Source of the DNA: Ptychomitrium polyphyllum
Taxonomy: Eukaryota
NCBI GenBank assembly: GCA_973851085.1
Contig: OZ316776.1
Location: 10,478,001-10,542,000, forward strand
DNA: 64,000 nucleotides
Direction of reading: 5' to 3'
Shown one piece after another: positions 12,401-25,400 of the stretch (position 1 is the first letter of the stretch; each line of letters starts with the position of its first letter). The notes under the pieces are model-generated. The model was given only the letters and a program-made list of their open reading frames with translations, made no database searches and was not told the origin of the DNA. A program made the translations under genes and the position numbers.

Positions 12401-13437
12401 GTTCATCCTTGCAGCAACTTCCACAGCAAATTGGAGAGTTGAAGGCTCTTACGTCCTTGAACCTATCTGGGTGTTCATCCTTGCAGCTACTTCCACAGCA
12501 AATTGGGGAGTTGAAGGCTCTTACTTCCTTGAACCTATCTGGGTGTTCATCCTTGCATCAGCTTCCACAGCAAATTGGAGAGTTGAAGGCTCTTACGTCC
12601 TTGGACCTATTTGGGTGTTCATCCTTGCGGCAACTTCCACAGCAAATTAGGGAGTTGAAGGCTCTTACGTCCTTGGACCTATTTGAGTGTTCATCCTTGC
12701 AGCAATTTCCACAGCAAATTGGAGTGTTGAAGGCTCTTACGTCCTTGGACCTATCTGGGTGTTCATCCTTGCAGCGACTTCCACAGCAAATTCGAGAGTT
12801 GAAGGCTCTTACGTCCTTAGGCCTATCTAAGTGTTCATCCTTGCAACAACTTCCACAGCAAATTGGAGAATTGAAGGCTCTTACGTCCTTGGACCTATCT
12901 GGGTGTTCATCCTTGCAGCAACTTCCACAGCAAATTGGAGAGTTGAAGGCTCTTACGTCCTTGGACCTATCTAGGTGTTCATCCTTGCAGCAACTTCCAC
13001 AGCAAATTGGAGAGTTGAAGGCTCTTACGTCCTTGGACCTATCTGGGTGTTCATCCTTGCAGCAACTTCCACAGCAAATTGGAGAGTTGAAGGCTCTTAC
13101 GTCCTTAGGCCTATCTAAGTGTTCATCCTTGCAGCAACTTCCACAGCAAATTGGAGAATTGAAGGCTCTTATGTCTTTAAACCTATCTGGGTGTTCATCC
13201 TTGCAGCAACTTCCACAGCAAATTGGAGAGTTGAAGGCTCTTACTTCCTTGGACCTATCTGGGTGTTCATCCTTGCAGCAACTTCCACAGCAAATTGGAG
13301 AGTTGAATGCTCTTACGTCCTTGGACCTATTTGAGTGTTCATCCTTGCAGCAACTTCCACAGCAAATTGGAGAGTTGAAGGCTCTTACGTCCTTGGACCT
13401 ATCTAAATGTTCATCCTTGCAGCAACTTCCACAATAA
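9079..13437 (+). CDS. NLR immune receptor: RPW8-like coiled coil + NB-ARC + ~36 24-aa LRRs (~1452 aa, intronless)
   Basis: Continuous ORF. Likely start is ATG 9079 (MADPLFTPAVVGAAV...); the ORF track start at 8713 is a TTG. Full NB-ARC motif set, then tandem LRRs, ending at TAA 13435-13437. Confidence 0.9.
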   Translation: MADPLFTPAVVGAAVNMFFKEVINAAKSAYGHREKCTLLLECANKLQPLIDGVCEHSAGWEKAQSDALQEIKGIMEKARSFGTGGVEESKREGRKRAVLFWRWGKLPAELMDIIRRIEEAKDNVVFCAAVECLKGANAARKARWPEFVVQPIPAEIVGADIPFNKLKAAILESHTKDAASHLGLHGRGGAGKTLVAKMLHNDGDIKGKYGADFVKWISVGLDARVRDVYKTMATFLGDARFEQSYIHRSLEDQRSFLMDAFKEKKVLFVLDDVWQEGGEQNHAMMYWLNILTAPGSVTLITTRNIVVLSEVYAEAEVVLSLSEGDSWKLFCIHAFYKGTLPETVPKNLAKEVCEECRGLPLALEVVGSTMKDKVKKEEWRYALHSLKQSKAILGSRVDNELFGRLRWSYDMLEGDVLKTCFLYFAAFPEDYEIKVSKLIQMWISEELVGTEDEAKAHLGVLEKRSLIDLRDGGYYAQVHDILRDLALMIIDKANVGESGYNSFFASGKVLKSLPPRKLLKAIKRMSFINTNIVQGLDTLQAPNLQVCLLSGLNGSLDEVLSFFSNLRMTNLKYLDLSHTNLNFQEEFLHFGGLRFLTHLDLSRCVSLQQLPQQIGEFKALTSLDLSGCSSLQQLPQQIGELKALTSLDPSGCSSLQQLPQQIGELKALTSLGLSKCSSLQQLPQQIGELKALTSLNLFGCSSLQQLPQQIGELKALTSLGLSKYSSLQQLPQQIGELKALTSLNLFGCSSLQQLPQQIGELKALTSLGLSKYSSLQQLPQQIGELKALTSLNLFGCSSLQQLPQQIGELKALMSLNLSGCSSLQQLPQQIGELKALTSLDLSGCSSLQQLPQQIGELKALTSLDPSGCSSLQQLPQQIGELKALTSLGLSKCSSLQQLPQQIGELKALTSLNLFGCSSLQQLPQQIGELKALTSLGLSKYSSLQQLPQQIGELKALTSLNLFGCSSLQQLPQQIGELKALMSLNLSGCSSLQQLPQQIGELKALTSLDLSGCSSLQQLPQQIGELKALTSLDLSRCSSLQQLPQQIGELKALTCLDLSGCSSMQQLPQQIEELKALTSLDLFWCSSLQQLPQQIGELKALTSLDLSRCSSLQQLPQQIGELKALTSLNLSGCSSLQLLPQQIGELKALTSLNLSGCSSLHQLPQQIGELKALTSLDLFGCSSLRQLPQQIRELKALTSLDLFECSSLQQFPQQIGVLKALTSLDLSGCSSLQRLPQQIRELKALTSLGLSKCSSLQQLPQQIGELKALTSLDLSGCSSLQQLPQQIGELKALTSLDLSRCSSLQQLPQQIGELKALTSLDLSGCSSLQQLPQQIGELKALTSLGLSKCSSLQQLPQQIGELKALMSLNLSGCSSLQQLPQQIGELKALTSLDLSGCSSLQQLPQQIGELNALTSLDLFECSSLQQLPQQIGELKALTSLDLSKCSSLQQLPQ
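9530..10550 (+). other. NB-ARC domain
   Basis: P-loop GRGGAGKT (9634-9657), kinase-2 VLFVLDDVW (~9874-9900), RNBS-B GSVTLITTRN (9961-9990), RNBS-C LSEGDSWKLF, GLPL as ECRGLPLAL (10141-10167), RNBS-D CFLYFAAFPED, MHD motif as VHD (QVHDILRDLA, ~10510). Confidence 0.95.
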
Positions 13438-16400
13438 AATGGAGAGTTGAAGGCTCTTACGTCCTTGGACCTATTTGGGTGTTCATCCTTGCGGCAACTT
13501 CCACAGCAAATTAGGGAGTTGAAGGCTCTTACGTCCTTGGACCTATTTGAGTGTTCATCCTTGCAGCAATTTCCACAGCAAATTGGAGTGTTGAAGGCTC
13601 TTACGTCCTTGGACCTATCTGGGTGTTCATCCTTGCAGCAACTTCCATAGCAAATTGCAGAGTTGAAGGCTTTTACGTCCTTCGGCCTATCTAAGTGTTC
13701 ATCCTTGCAACAACTTCCACAGCAAATTGGAGAGTTGAAGGCTCTTACGCCTTGGACCTATCTAAGTGTTCATCCTTGCAGCAACATCCACAACAAATTG
13801 GAGAGTTAAAGGCTCTTACGTCCTTGGACCTATTTTGGTGTTCATCCTTGGTGCAACTTCCACAGCAAATTGGAGATTTGAAGGCTCTTACGTCCTTGGA
13901 CCTATTTTGGTGTTCATCCTTGCAGCAACTTCCACAGCAAATTGGAGAGTTGAACGCTCTTACGTGCTTAGGCCTATCTAAGTGTTCATCCTTGCAGCAA
14001 CTTCCACAGCAAATTGGAGAGTTGAAGGCTTTGACGTCCTTGAACCTATCTGGGTGTTCATCCTTGCAGCAACTTCCACAGCAAATTGGAGAGTTGAAGG
14101 CTCTTACGTCCTTAGGCCTATCTTAGTGTTCATCCTTGCAGCAACTTCCACAGCAAATTGGAGAGTTGAAGGCTCTTACGTCCTTAGGCCTATCTAAGTG
14201 TTCATCCTTGCAGCAACTTCCACAGCAAATTGGAGAGTTGAAGGCTCTTACGTCCTTAGGCCTATCTAAGTGTTCATCCTTACAGCAACTTCCACAGCAA
14301 ATTGGAGAGTTGAAGGCTCTTACGTCCTTAAGCCTATCTAAGTGTTCATCCTTGCAGCAACTTCCACAGCAAATTGGAGAGTTGAAGGCTTTGACGTCCT
14401 TGAACCTATTTGGGTGTTCATCCTTGCAGCAACTTCCACAGCAAATTGGAGAGTTGAAGGCTCTTACTTCCTTGAACCTATTTCGGTGTTCATCCTTGCA
14501 GCAACTTCCACAGCAAATTGGAGAATTGAAGGCTCTTATGTCTTTAAACCTATCTGGGTGTTCATCCTTGCAGCAACTTCCACAGCAAATTGGAGAGTTG
14601 AAGGCTCTTACTTCCTTGGACCTATCTGGGTGTTCATCCTTGCAGCAACTTCCACAGCAAATTGGAGAGTTGAAGGCTTTTACGTCCTTCGGCCTATATA
14701 AGTGTTCATCCTTGCAGCAACTTCCACAGCAAATTGGAGAGTTGAAGGCTCTTACGTCCTTCGGCCTATCTAAGTGTTCATCCTTGCAGCAACTTCCACA
14801 GCAAATTGGAGAGTTGAAGGCTCTTACGTCCTTCGGCCTATCTAAGTGTTCATCGTTGCAACAACTTCCACAGCAAATTGGAGAGTTGAAAGCTCTTACG
14901 TCCTTGGACCTATTTGAGTGTTCATCCTTGCAGCAACTTCCACAGCAAATTGGAGAGTTGAAGGCTCTTACGTCCTTGGACCTATTTGGGTGTTCATCCT
15001 TGCGGCAACTTCCACAGCAAATTAGGGAGTTGAAGGCTCTTACGTCCTTGGACCTATTTGAGTGTTCATCCTTGCAGCAATTTCCACAGCAAATTGGAGT
15101 GTTGAAGGCTCTTACGTCCTTGGACCTATCTGGGTGTTCATCCTTGCAGCAACTTCCATAGCAAATTGCAGAGTTGAAGGCTTTTACGTCCTTCGGCATA
15201 TCTAAGTGTTCATCCTTGCAGCAACATCCACAGCAAATTGGAGATTTGAAGGCTCTTACGTCCTTAGGCCTATCTAAGTGTTCATCCTTGCAGCAACTTC
15301 CACAGCAAATTGGAGAGTTGAAGGCTCTTACGTGCTTAGGCCTATCTAAGTGTTCATCCTTGCAGCAACTTCCACAGCAAATTGGAGAGTTGAAGGCTCT
15401 TACGTGCTTAGGCCTATCTAAGTGTTCATCCTTGCAGCAACTTCCACAGCAAATTGGAGAGTTGAAGGCTCTTACGTCCTTAGGCCTATCTAAGTGTTCA
15501 TCCTTGCAGCAACTTCCACAGCAAATTGGAGAGTTGAAGGCTCTTACGTCCTTAGGCCTATCTAAGTGTTCATCCTTGCAGCAACTTCCACAGCAAATTG
15601 GAGAGTTGAAGGCTTTGACGTCCTTGAACCTATTTGGGTGTTCATCCTTGCAGCAACTTCCACAGCAAATTGGAGAGTTGAAGGCTCTTACTTCCTTGAA
15701 CCTATTTCGGTGTTCATCCTTGCAGCAACTTCCACAGCAAATTGGAGAGTTGAAGGCTCTTACTTCCTTGAACCTATTTCGGTGTTCATCCTTGCAGCAA
15801 CTTCCACAGCAAATTGGAGAATTGAAGGCTCTTATGTCTTTAAACCTATCTGGGTGTTCATCCTTGCAGCAACTTCCACAGCAAATTGGAGAGTTGAAGG
15901 CTCTTACTTCCTTGGACCTATATAAGTGTTCATCCTTGCAGCAACTTCCACAGCAAATTGGAGAGTTGAAGGCTTTTACGTCCTTCGGCCTATATAAGTG
16001 TTCATCCTTGCAGCAACTTCCACAGCAAATTGGAGAGTTGAAGGCTCTTACGTCCTTCGGCCTATCTAAGTGTTCATCCTTGCAGCAACTTCCACAGCAA
16101 ATTGGAGAGTTGAAGGCTCTTACGTCCTTCGGCCTATCTAAGTGTTCATCCTTGCAACAACTTCCACAGCAAATTGGAGAGTTGAAGGCTCTTACGTCCT
16201 TGGACCTATTTGAGTGTTCATCCTTGCAGCAACTTCCACAGCAAATTGGAGAGTTGAAGGCTCTTACGTCCTTGGACCTATTTGAGTGTTCATCCTTGCA
16301 GCAATTTCCTCAGCAAATTGGAGTGTTGAAGGCTCTTACGTCCTTGGACCTATCTGGGTGTTCATCCTTGCAGCAACTTCCATAGCAAATTGCAGAGTTG

Positions 16401-19400
16401 AAGGCTTTTACGTCCTTCGGCCTATCTAAGTGTTCATCCTTGCAACAACTTCCACAGCAAATTGGAGAGTTGAAGGCTCTTACGCCTTGGACCTATCTAA
16501 GTGTTCATCCTTGCAGCAACATCCACAACAAATTGGAGAGTTAAAGGCTCTTACGTCCTTGGACCTATTTTGGTGTTCATCCTTGGTGCAACTTCCACAG
16601 CAAATTGGAGATTTGAAGGCTCTTACGTCCTTAGGCCTATCTAAGTGTTCATCCTTGCAGCAACTTCCACAGCAAATTAGAGAGTTGAAGGCTCTTACGT
16701 GCTTAGGCCTATCTAAGTGTTCATCCTTGCAGCAACTTCCACAGCAAATTGGAGAGTTGAAGGCTCTTACGTCCTTAGGCCTATCTAAGTGTTCATCCTT
16801 GCAGCAACTTCCACAGCAAATTGGAGAGTTGAAGGCTCTTACGTCCTTAGGCCTATCTAAGTGTTCATCCTTGCAGCAACTTCCACAGCAAATTGGAGAG
16901 TTGAAGGCTCTTACGTCCTTAGGCCTATCTAAGTGTTCATCCTTGCAGCAACTTCCACAGCAAATTGGAGAGTTGAAGGCTCTTACGTCCTTGAACCTAT
17001 TTGGGTGTTCATCCTTGCAGCAACTTCCACAGCAAATTGGAGAGTTGAAGGCTCTTACTTCCTTGAACCTATTTCGGTGTTCATCCTTGCAGCAACTTCC
17101 ACAGCAAATTGGAGAATTGAAGGCTCTTATGTCTTTAAACCTATCTGGGTGTTCATCCTTGCAGCAATTTCCACAGCAAATTGGAGAGTTGAAGGCTCTT
17201 ACTTCCTTGGACCTATCTGGGTGTTCATCCTTGCAGCAACTTCCACAGCAAATTGGAGAGTTGAAGGCTTTTACGTCCTTCGGCCTATCTAAGTGTTCAT
17301 CCTTGCAGCAACTTCCACAGCAAATTGGAGAGTTGAAGGCTCTTACGTCCTTCGGCCTATCTAAGTGTTCATCCTTGCAGCAACTTCCACAGCAAATTGG
17401 AGAGTTGAAGGCTCTTACGTCCTTCGGCCTATCTAAGTGTTCATCCTTGCAACAACTTCCACAGCAAATTGGAGAGTTGAAGGCTCTTTCGTCCTTAGAC
17501 CTATTTGGGTGTTCATCCTTGCGGCAACTTCCACAGCAAATTAGGGAGTTGAAGGCTCTTACGTCCTTGGACCTATTTGAGTGTTCATCCTTGCAGCAAT
17601 TTCCACAGCAAATTGGAGTGTTGAAGGCTCTTACGTCCTTGGACCTATCTGGGTGTTCATCCTTGCAGCAACTTCCATAGCAAATTGTAGAGTTGAAGGC
17701 TTTTACGTCCTTCGGCCCATCTAAGTGTTCATCCTTGCAACAACTTCCACAGCAAATTGGAGAGTTGAAGGCTCTTACGCCTTGGACCTATCTAAGTGTT
17801 CATCCTTGCAGCAACATCCACAACAAATTGGAGAGTTAAAGGCTCTTACGTCCTTGGACCTATTTTGGTGTTCATCCTTGGTGCAACTTCCACAGCAAAT
17901 TGGAGATTTGAAGGCTCTTACGTCCTTGGACCTATTTTGGTGTTCATCCTTGGTGCAACTTCCACAGCAAATTGGAGATTTGAAGGCTCTTACGTCCTTG
18001 GACCTATTTGGGTGTTCATCCTTGCGGCAACTTCCACAGCAAATTAGGGAGTTGAAGGCTCTTACGTCTTTGGACCTATTTGAGTGTTCATCCTTGCAGC
18101 AATTTCCACACCAATTGGAGTGTTGAAGGCTCTTACGTCCTTGGACCTATCTGGGTGTTCATCCTTGCAGCAACTTCCATAGCAAATTGCAGAGTTGAAG
18201 GCTTTTACGTCCTTCGGCCTATCTAAGTGTTCATCCTTGCAACAACTTCCACAGCAAATTGGAGAGTTGAAGGCTCTTACGCCTTGGACCTATCTAAGTG
18301 TTCATCCTTGCAGCAACATCCACAACAAATTGGAGAGTTAAAGGCTCTTACGTCCTTGGACCTATTTTGGTGTTCATCCTTGGTGCAACTTCCACAGCAA
18401 ATTGGAGATTTGAAGGCTCTTACGTCCTTGGACCTATTTTGGTGTTCATCCTTGGTGCAACTTCCACAGCAAATTGGAGATTTGAAGGCTCTTACGTCCT
18501 TGGACCTATTTTGGTGTTCATCCTTGCAGCAACTTCCACAGCAAATTGGAGAGTTGAAGGCTCTTACGTCCTTAGGCCTATCTAAGTGTTCATCCTTGCA
18601 GCAACTTCCACAGCAAATTGGAGAGTTGAAGGCTTTGACGTCCTTGAACCTATTTGGGTGTTCATCCTTGCAGCAACTTCCACAGCAAATTGGAGAGTTG
18701 AAGGCTCTTATGTCCTTAGGCCTATCTAAGTGTTCATCCTTGCAGCAACTTCCACAGCAAATTAGAGAGTTGAAGGCTCTTACGTCCTTAGGCCTATCTA
18801 AGTGTTCATCCTTGCAGCAACTTCCACAGCAAATTGGAGAGTTGAAGGCTTTGACGTCCTTGGACGTATCTGGGTGTTCATCCTTGCAGCAACTTCCACA
18901 GCAAATTGGAGAGTTGAAGGCTCTTACGTCCTTTGGCCTATCTAAGTGTTCATCCTTGCAGCAACTTCCACAGCAAATTGGAGAGTTGAAGGCTCTTACG
19001 TCGTTTGGCCTATCTAAGTGTTCATCCTTGCAACAACTTCCACAGCAAATTGGAGAGTTGAAGGCTCTTACGCCTTGGACCTATCTAAGTGTTCATCCTT
19101 GCAGCAACTTCCACAACAAATTGGAGAGTTGAAGGCTCTTACTTCCTTGGACCTATTTTGGTGTTCATCCTTGCAGCAACTTCCACAGCAAATTGGAGAG
19201 TTGAAGGCTCTTACGTCCTTGGACCTATTTTGGTGTTCATCCTTGCAGCAACTTCCACAGCAAAATTGGGGAGTTTAAGGCTCTTACGTCCTTGGACCTA
19301 TCTAGGTGTTCATCCTTGCAGCAACTTCCACAGCAAATTGGAGAGTTGAAGGCTTTTACGTCCTTGGACCTATCCGGGTTTTCATCCTTGCAGCAACTTC

Positions 19401-22400
19401 CACAGCAAATTGGAGAGTTGAAGGCTCTTACGTCCTTAGGCCTATCTAAGTGTTCATCCTTGCAGCAACTTCCACAGCAAATTGGAGAGTTGAAGGCTCT
19501 TACGTCCTTAGGCCTATCTAAGTGTTCATCCTTGCAGCAACTTCCACAGCAAATTGGAGAGTTGAAGGCTCTTACGTCCTTCGGCCTATCTAAGTGTTCA
19601 TCCTTGCAGCAATTTCCACAGCAAATTGGAGAGTTGAAGGCTCTTACGCCTTGGACCTATCTAAGTGTTCATCCTTGCAGCAACTTCCACAACAAATTGG
19701 AGAGTTGAAGGCTCTTACGTCCTTGGACCTATTTTGGTGTTCATCCTTGCAGCAACTTCCACAGCAAATTGGAGAGTTGAAGGCTCTTACGTCCTTAGGC
19801 CTATCTAAGTGTTCATCCTTGCAGCAACTTCCACAGCAAATTGGAGAGTTGAAGGCTCTTACGCCTTGGACCTATCTAAGTGTTCATCCTTGCAGCAACT
19901 TCCACAACAAATTGGAGAGTTGAAGGCTCTTACGTCCTTGGACCTATTTTGGTGTTCATCCTTGCAGCAACTTCCACAGCAAATTAGAGAGTTGAAGGCT
20001 CTTACGTCCTTAGGCCTATCTAAGTGTTCATCCTTGCAGCAACTTCCACAGCAAATTGGAGAGTTGAAGGCTCTTACGTCCTTGAACCTATTTGGGTGTT
20101 CATCCGTGCAGCAACTTCCACAGCAAATTGGAAAGTTGAAGGCTCTTACGTCCTTAGGCCTATCTGGGTGTTCATCCTTGCAGCAACTTCCACAGCAAAT
20201 TGGAGAGTTGAAGGCTCTTACTTCCTTGGACCTATCTGGGTGTTCATCCTTGCAGCAACTTCCACAGCAAATTGGAGAGTTGAAGGCTCTTACGTCCTTC
20301 GGCCTATATAAGTGTTCATCCTTGCAGCAACTTCCACAGCAAATTGGAGAGTTGAAGGCTTTGACGTCCTTGAACCTATTTGGGTGTTCATCCGTGCAGC
20401 AACTTCCACAGCAAATCAGAGAGTTGAAGGCTCTTACGTCCATGGACCTATTTTGGTGTTCATCCTTGCAGCAACTTCCACAGCAAATTGGGGAGTTTAA
20501 GGCTCTTACGTCCTTGGACCTATCTAGGTGTTCATCCTTGCAGCAACTTCCACAGCAAATTGGAGAGTTGAAGGCTCTTGCGTCCTTGAACCTATCTGGG
20601 TGTTCATCCTTGCAGCTACTTCCACAGCAAATTGGGGAGTTGAAGGCTCTTACTTCCTTGAACCTATCTGGGTGTTCATCCTTGCATCAACTTCCAGAGC
20701 AAATTGGAGAGTTGAAGGCTCTTACGTCCTTGGACCTATGTAGGTGTTCATCCTTGCAGCAACTTCCACAGCAAATTGGAGGGTTGAAGATTCTTACGTC
20801 CTTGGACCTATCTAGGTGTTCATCCATGCAGCATCTTCCACAACAAATTTGAGAGTTGAAGGCTCTTACTTCCTTGGACCTATCTAGGTGTTCATCCTTG
20901 CAGCAACTTCCACAGCAAATTGGAGAGTTGAAGGCTCTTACGTCCTTGGACCTATCTAGGTGTTCATCCTTGCGGCAACTTCCACAGCAAATTGGAGAGT
21001 TGAAGGCTCTTACGTGCTTGGACCTATCTGGGTGTTCATCCATGCAGCAACTTCCACAACAAATTGGAGAGTTGAAGGCTCTTACGTCCTTGGACCTATT
21101 TTGGTGTTCATCCTTGCAGCAACTTCCACAGCAAATTGGAGAGTTGAAGGCTCTTACGTCCTTGGACCTATGTAGGTGTTCATCCTTGCAGCAACTTCCA
21201 CAGCAAATTGGAGGGTTGAAGATTCTTACGTCCTTGGACCTATCTAGGTGTTCATCCATGCAGCATCTTCCACAACAAATTTGAGAGTTGAAGGCTCTTA
21301 CTTCCTTGGACCTATGTAGGTGTTCATCCTTGCAGCAACTTCCACAGCAAATTGGAGAGTTGAAGGCTCTTACGTCCTTAGGCCTATCTAAGTGTTCATC
21401 CTTGCAGCAACTTCCACAGCAAATTGGAGAGTTGAAGGCTTTGACGTCCTTGAACCTATTTGGGTGTTCATCCTTGCAGCAACTTCCACAGCAAATTGGA
21501 GAGTTGAAGGCTCTTACGTCCTTAGGCCTATCTAAGTGTTCATCCTTGCAGCAACTTCCACAGCAAATTAGAGAGTTGAAGGCTCTTACGTCCTTAGGCC
21601 TATCTAAGTGTTCATCCTTGCAGCAACTTCCACAGCAAATTGGAGAGTTGAAGGCTCTTACGTCCTTCGGCCTATCTAAGTGTTCATCCTTGCAGCAATT
21701 TCCACAGCAAATTGGAGAGTTGAAGGCTCTTACGCCTTGGACCTATCTAAGTGTTCATCCTTGCAGCAACTTCCACAACAAATTGGAGAGTTGAAGGCTC
21801 TTACGTCCTTGGACCTATTTTGGTGTTCATCCTTGCAGCAACTTCCAGAGCAAATTGGAGAGTTGAAGGCTCTTACGTCCTTAGGCCTATCTAAGTGTTC
21901 ATCCTTGCAGCAACTTCCACAGCAAATTGGAGAGTTGAAGGCTCTTACGCCTTGGACCTATCTAAGTGTTCATCCTTGCAGCAACTTCCACAACAAATTG
22001 GAGAGTTGAAGGCTCTTACGTCCTTGGACCTATTTTGGTGTTCATCCTTGCAGCAACTTCCACAGCAAATTAGAGAGTTGAAGGCTCTTACGTCCTTAGG
22101 CCTATCTAAGTGTTCATCCTTGCAGCAACTTCCACAGCAAATTGGAGAGTTGAAGGCTCTTACGTCCTTGAACCTATTTGGGTGTTCATCCGTGCAGCAA
22201 CTTCCACAGCAAATTGGAAAGTTGAAGGCTCTTACGTCCTTAGGCCTATCTGGGTGTTCATCCTTGCAGCAACTTCCACAGCAAATTGGAGAGTTGAAGG
22301 CTCTTACTTCCTTGGACCTATCTGGGTGTTCATCCTTGCAGCAACTTCCACAGCAAATTGGAGAGTTGAAGGCTCTTACGTCCTTCGGCCTATATAAGTG

Positions 22401-25400
22401 TTCATCCTTGCAGCAACTTCCACAGCAAATTGGAGAGTTGAAGGCTTTGACGTCCTTGAACCTATTTGGGTGTTCATCCGTGCAGCAACTTCCACAGCAA
22501 ATCAGAGAGTTGAAGGCTCTTACGTCCTTGGACCTATCTAGGTGTTCATCCTTGCAGCAACTTCCACAGCAAATTGGAGAGTTGAAGGCTCTTGCGTCCT
22601 TGAACCTATCTGGGTGTTCATCCTTGCAGCTACTTCCACAGCAAATTGGGGAGTTGAAGGCTCTTACTTCCTTGAACCTATCTGGGTGTTCATCCTTGCA
22701 TCAACTTCCAGAGCAAATTGGAGAGTTGAAGGCTCTTACGTCCTTGGACCTATGTAGGTGTTCATCCTTGCAGCAACTTCCACAGCAAATTGGAGGGTTG
22801 AAGATTCTTACGTCCTTGGACCTATCTAGGTGTTCATCCATGCAGCATCTTCCACAACAAATTTGAGAGTTGAAGGCTCTTACTTCCTTGGACCTATCTA
22901 GGTGTTCATCCTTGCAGCAACTTCCACAGCAAATTGGAGAGTTGAAGGCTCTTACGTCCTTGGACCTATCTAGGTGTTCATCCTTGCGGCAACTTCCACA
23001 GCAAATTGGAGAGTTGAAGGCTCTTACGTGCTTGGACCTATCTGGGTGTTCATCCATGCAGCAACTTCCACAACAAATTGGAGAGTTGAAGGCTCTTACG
23101 TCCTTGGACCTATTTTGGTGTTCATCCTTGCAGCAACTTCCACAGCAAATTGGAGAGTTGAAGGCTCTTACGTCCTTGGACCTATGTAGGTGTTCATCCT
23201 TGCAGCAACTTCCACAGCAAATTGGAGGGTTGAAGATTCTTACGTCCTTGGACCTATCTAGGTGTTCATCCATGCAGCATCTTCCACAACAAATTTGAGA
23301 GTTGAAGGCTCTTACTTCCTTGGACCTATGTAGGTGTTCATCCTTGCAGCAACTTCCACAGCAAATTGGAGAGTTGAAGGCTCTTACGTCCTTAGGCCTA
23401 TCTAAGTGTTCATCCTTGCAGCAACTTCCACAGCAAATTGGAGAGTTGAAGGCTTTGACGTCCTTGAACCTATTTGGGTGTTCATCCTTGCAGCAACTTC
23501 CACAGCAAATTGGAGAGTTGAAGGCTCTTACGTCCTTAGGCCTATCTAAGTGTTCATCCTTGCAGCAACTTCCACAGCAAATTAGAGAGTTGAAGGCTCT
23601 TACGTCCTTAGGCCTATCTAAGTGTTCATCCTTGCAGCAACTTCCACAGCAAATTGGAGAGTTGAAGGCTTTGACGTCCTTGGACGTATCTGGGTGTTCA
23701 TCCTTGCAGCAACTTCCACAGCAAATTGGAGAGTTGAAGGCTCTTACGTCCTTTGGCCTATCTAAGTGTTCATCCTTGCAGCAACTTCCACAGCAAATTG
23801 GAGAGTTGAAGGCTCTTACGTCGTTTGGCCTATCTAAGTGTTCATCCTTGCAACAACTTCCACAGCAAATTGGAGAGTTGAAGGCTCTTACGCCTTGGAC
23901 CTATCTAAGTGTTCATCCTTGCAGCAACTTCCACAACAAATTGGAGAGTTGAAGGCTCTTACTTCCTTGGACCTATTTTGGTGTTCATCCTTGCAGCAAC
24001 TTCCACAGCAAATTGGAGAGTTGAAGGCTCTTACGTCCTTGGACCTATTTTGGTGTTCATCCTTGCAGCAACTTCCACAGCAAAATTGGGGAGTTTAAGG
24101 CTCTTACGTCCTTGGACCTATCTAGGTGTTCATCCTTGCAGCAACTTCCACAGCAAATTGGAGAGTTGAAGGCTTTTACGTCCTTGGACCTATCCGGGTT
24201 TTCATCCTTGCAGCAACTTCCACAGCAAATTGGAGAGTTGAAGGCTCTTACGTCCTTAGGCCTATCTAAGTGTTCATCCTTGCAGCAACTTCCACAGCAA
24301 ATTGGAGAGTTGAAGGCTCTTACGTCCTTAGGCCTATCTAAGTGTTCATCCTTGCAGCAACTTCCACAGCAAATTGGAGAGTTGAAGGCTCTTACGTCCT
24401 TCGGCCTATCTAAGTGTTCATCCTTGCAGCAACTTCCACAGCAAATTGGAGAGTTGAAGGCTCTTACGTCCTTCGGCCTATCTAAGTGTTCATCCTTGCA
24501 ACAACTTCCACAGCAAATTGGAGAGTTGAAGGCTCTTACGTCCTTGGACCTATTTGAGTGTTCATCCTTGCAGCAACTTCCACAGCAAATTGGAGAGTTG
24601 AAGGCTCTTACGTCCTTGGACCTATCTAGGTGTTCATCCTTGCGGCAACTTCCACAGCAAATTGGAGAGTTGAAGGCTCTTACGTGCTTGGACCTATCTG
24701 GGTGTTCATCCATGCAGCAACTTCCACAACAAATTGGAGAGTTGAAGGCTCTTACGTCCTTGGACCTATTTTGGTGTTCATCCTTGCAGCAACTTCCACA
24801 GCAAATTGGAGAGTTGAAGGCTCTTACGTCCTTGGACCTATGTAGGTGTTCATCCTTGCAGCAACTTCCACAGCAAATTGGAGAGTTGAAGGCTCTTACG
24901 TCCTTAGGCCTATCTAAGTGTTCATCCTTGCAGCAACTTCCACAGCAAATTGGAGAGTTGAAGGCTCTTACGTCCTTCGGCCTATCTAAGTGTTCATCCT
25001 TGCAGCAATTTCCACAGCAAATTGGAGAGTTGAAGGCTCTTACGCCTTGGACCTATCTAAGTGTTCATCCTTGCAGCAACTTCCACAACAAATTGGAGAG
25101 TTGAAGGCTCTTACGTCCTTGGACCTATTTTGGTGTTCATCCTTGCAGCAACTTCCACAGCAAATTGGAGAGTTGAAGGCTCTTACGTCCTTAGGCCTAT
25201 CTAAGTGTTCATCCTTGTAGCAACTTCCACAGCAAATTGGAGAGTTGAAGGCTTTGACGTCCTTGAACCTATTTGGGTGTTCATCCTTGCAGCAACTTCC
25301 ACAGCAAATTGGAGAGTTGAAGGCTCTTATGTCCTTAGGCCTATCTAAGTGTTCATCCTTGCAGCAACTTCCACAGCAAATTAGAGAGTTGAAGGCTCTT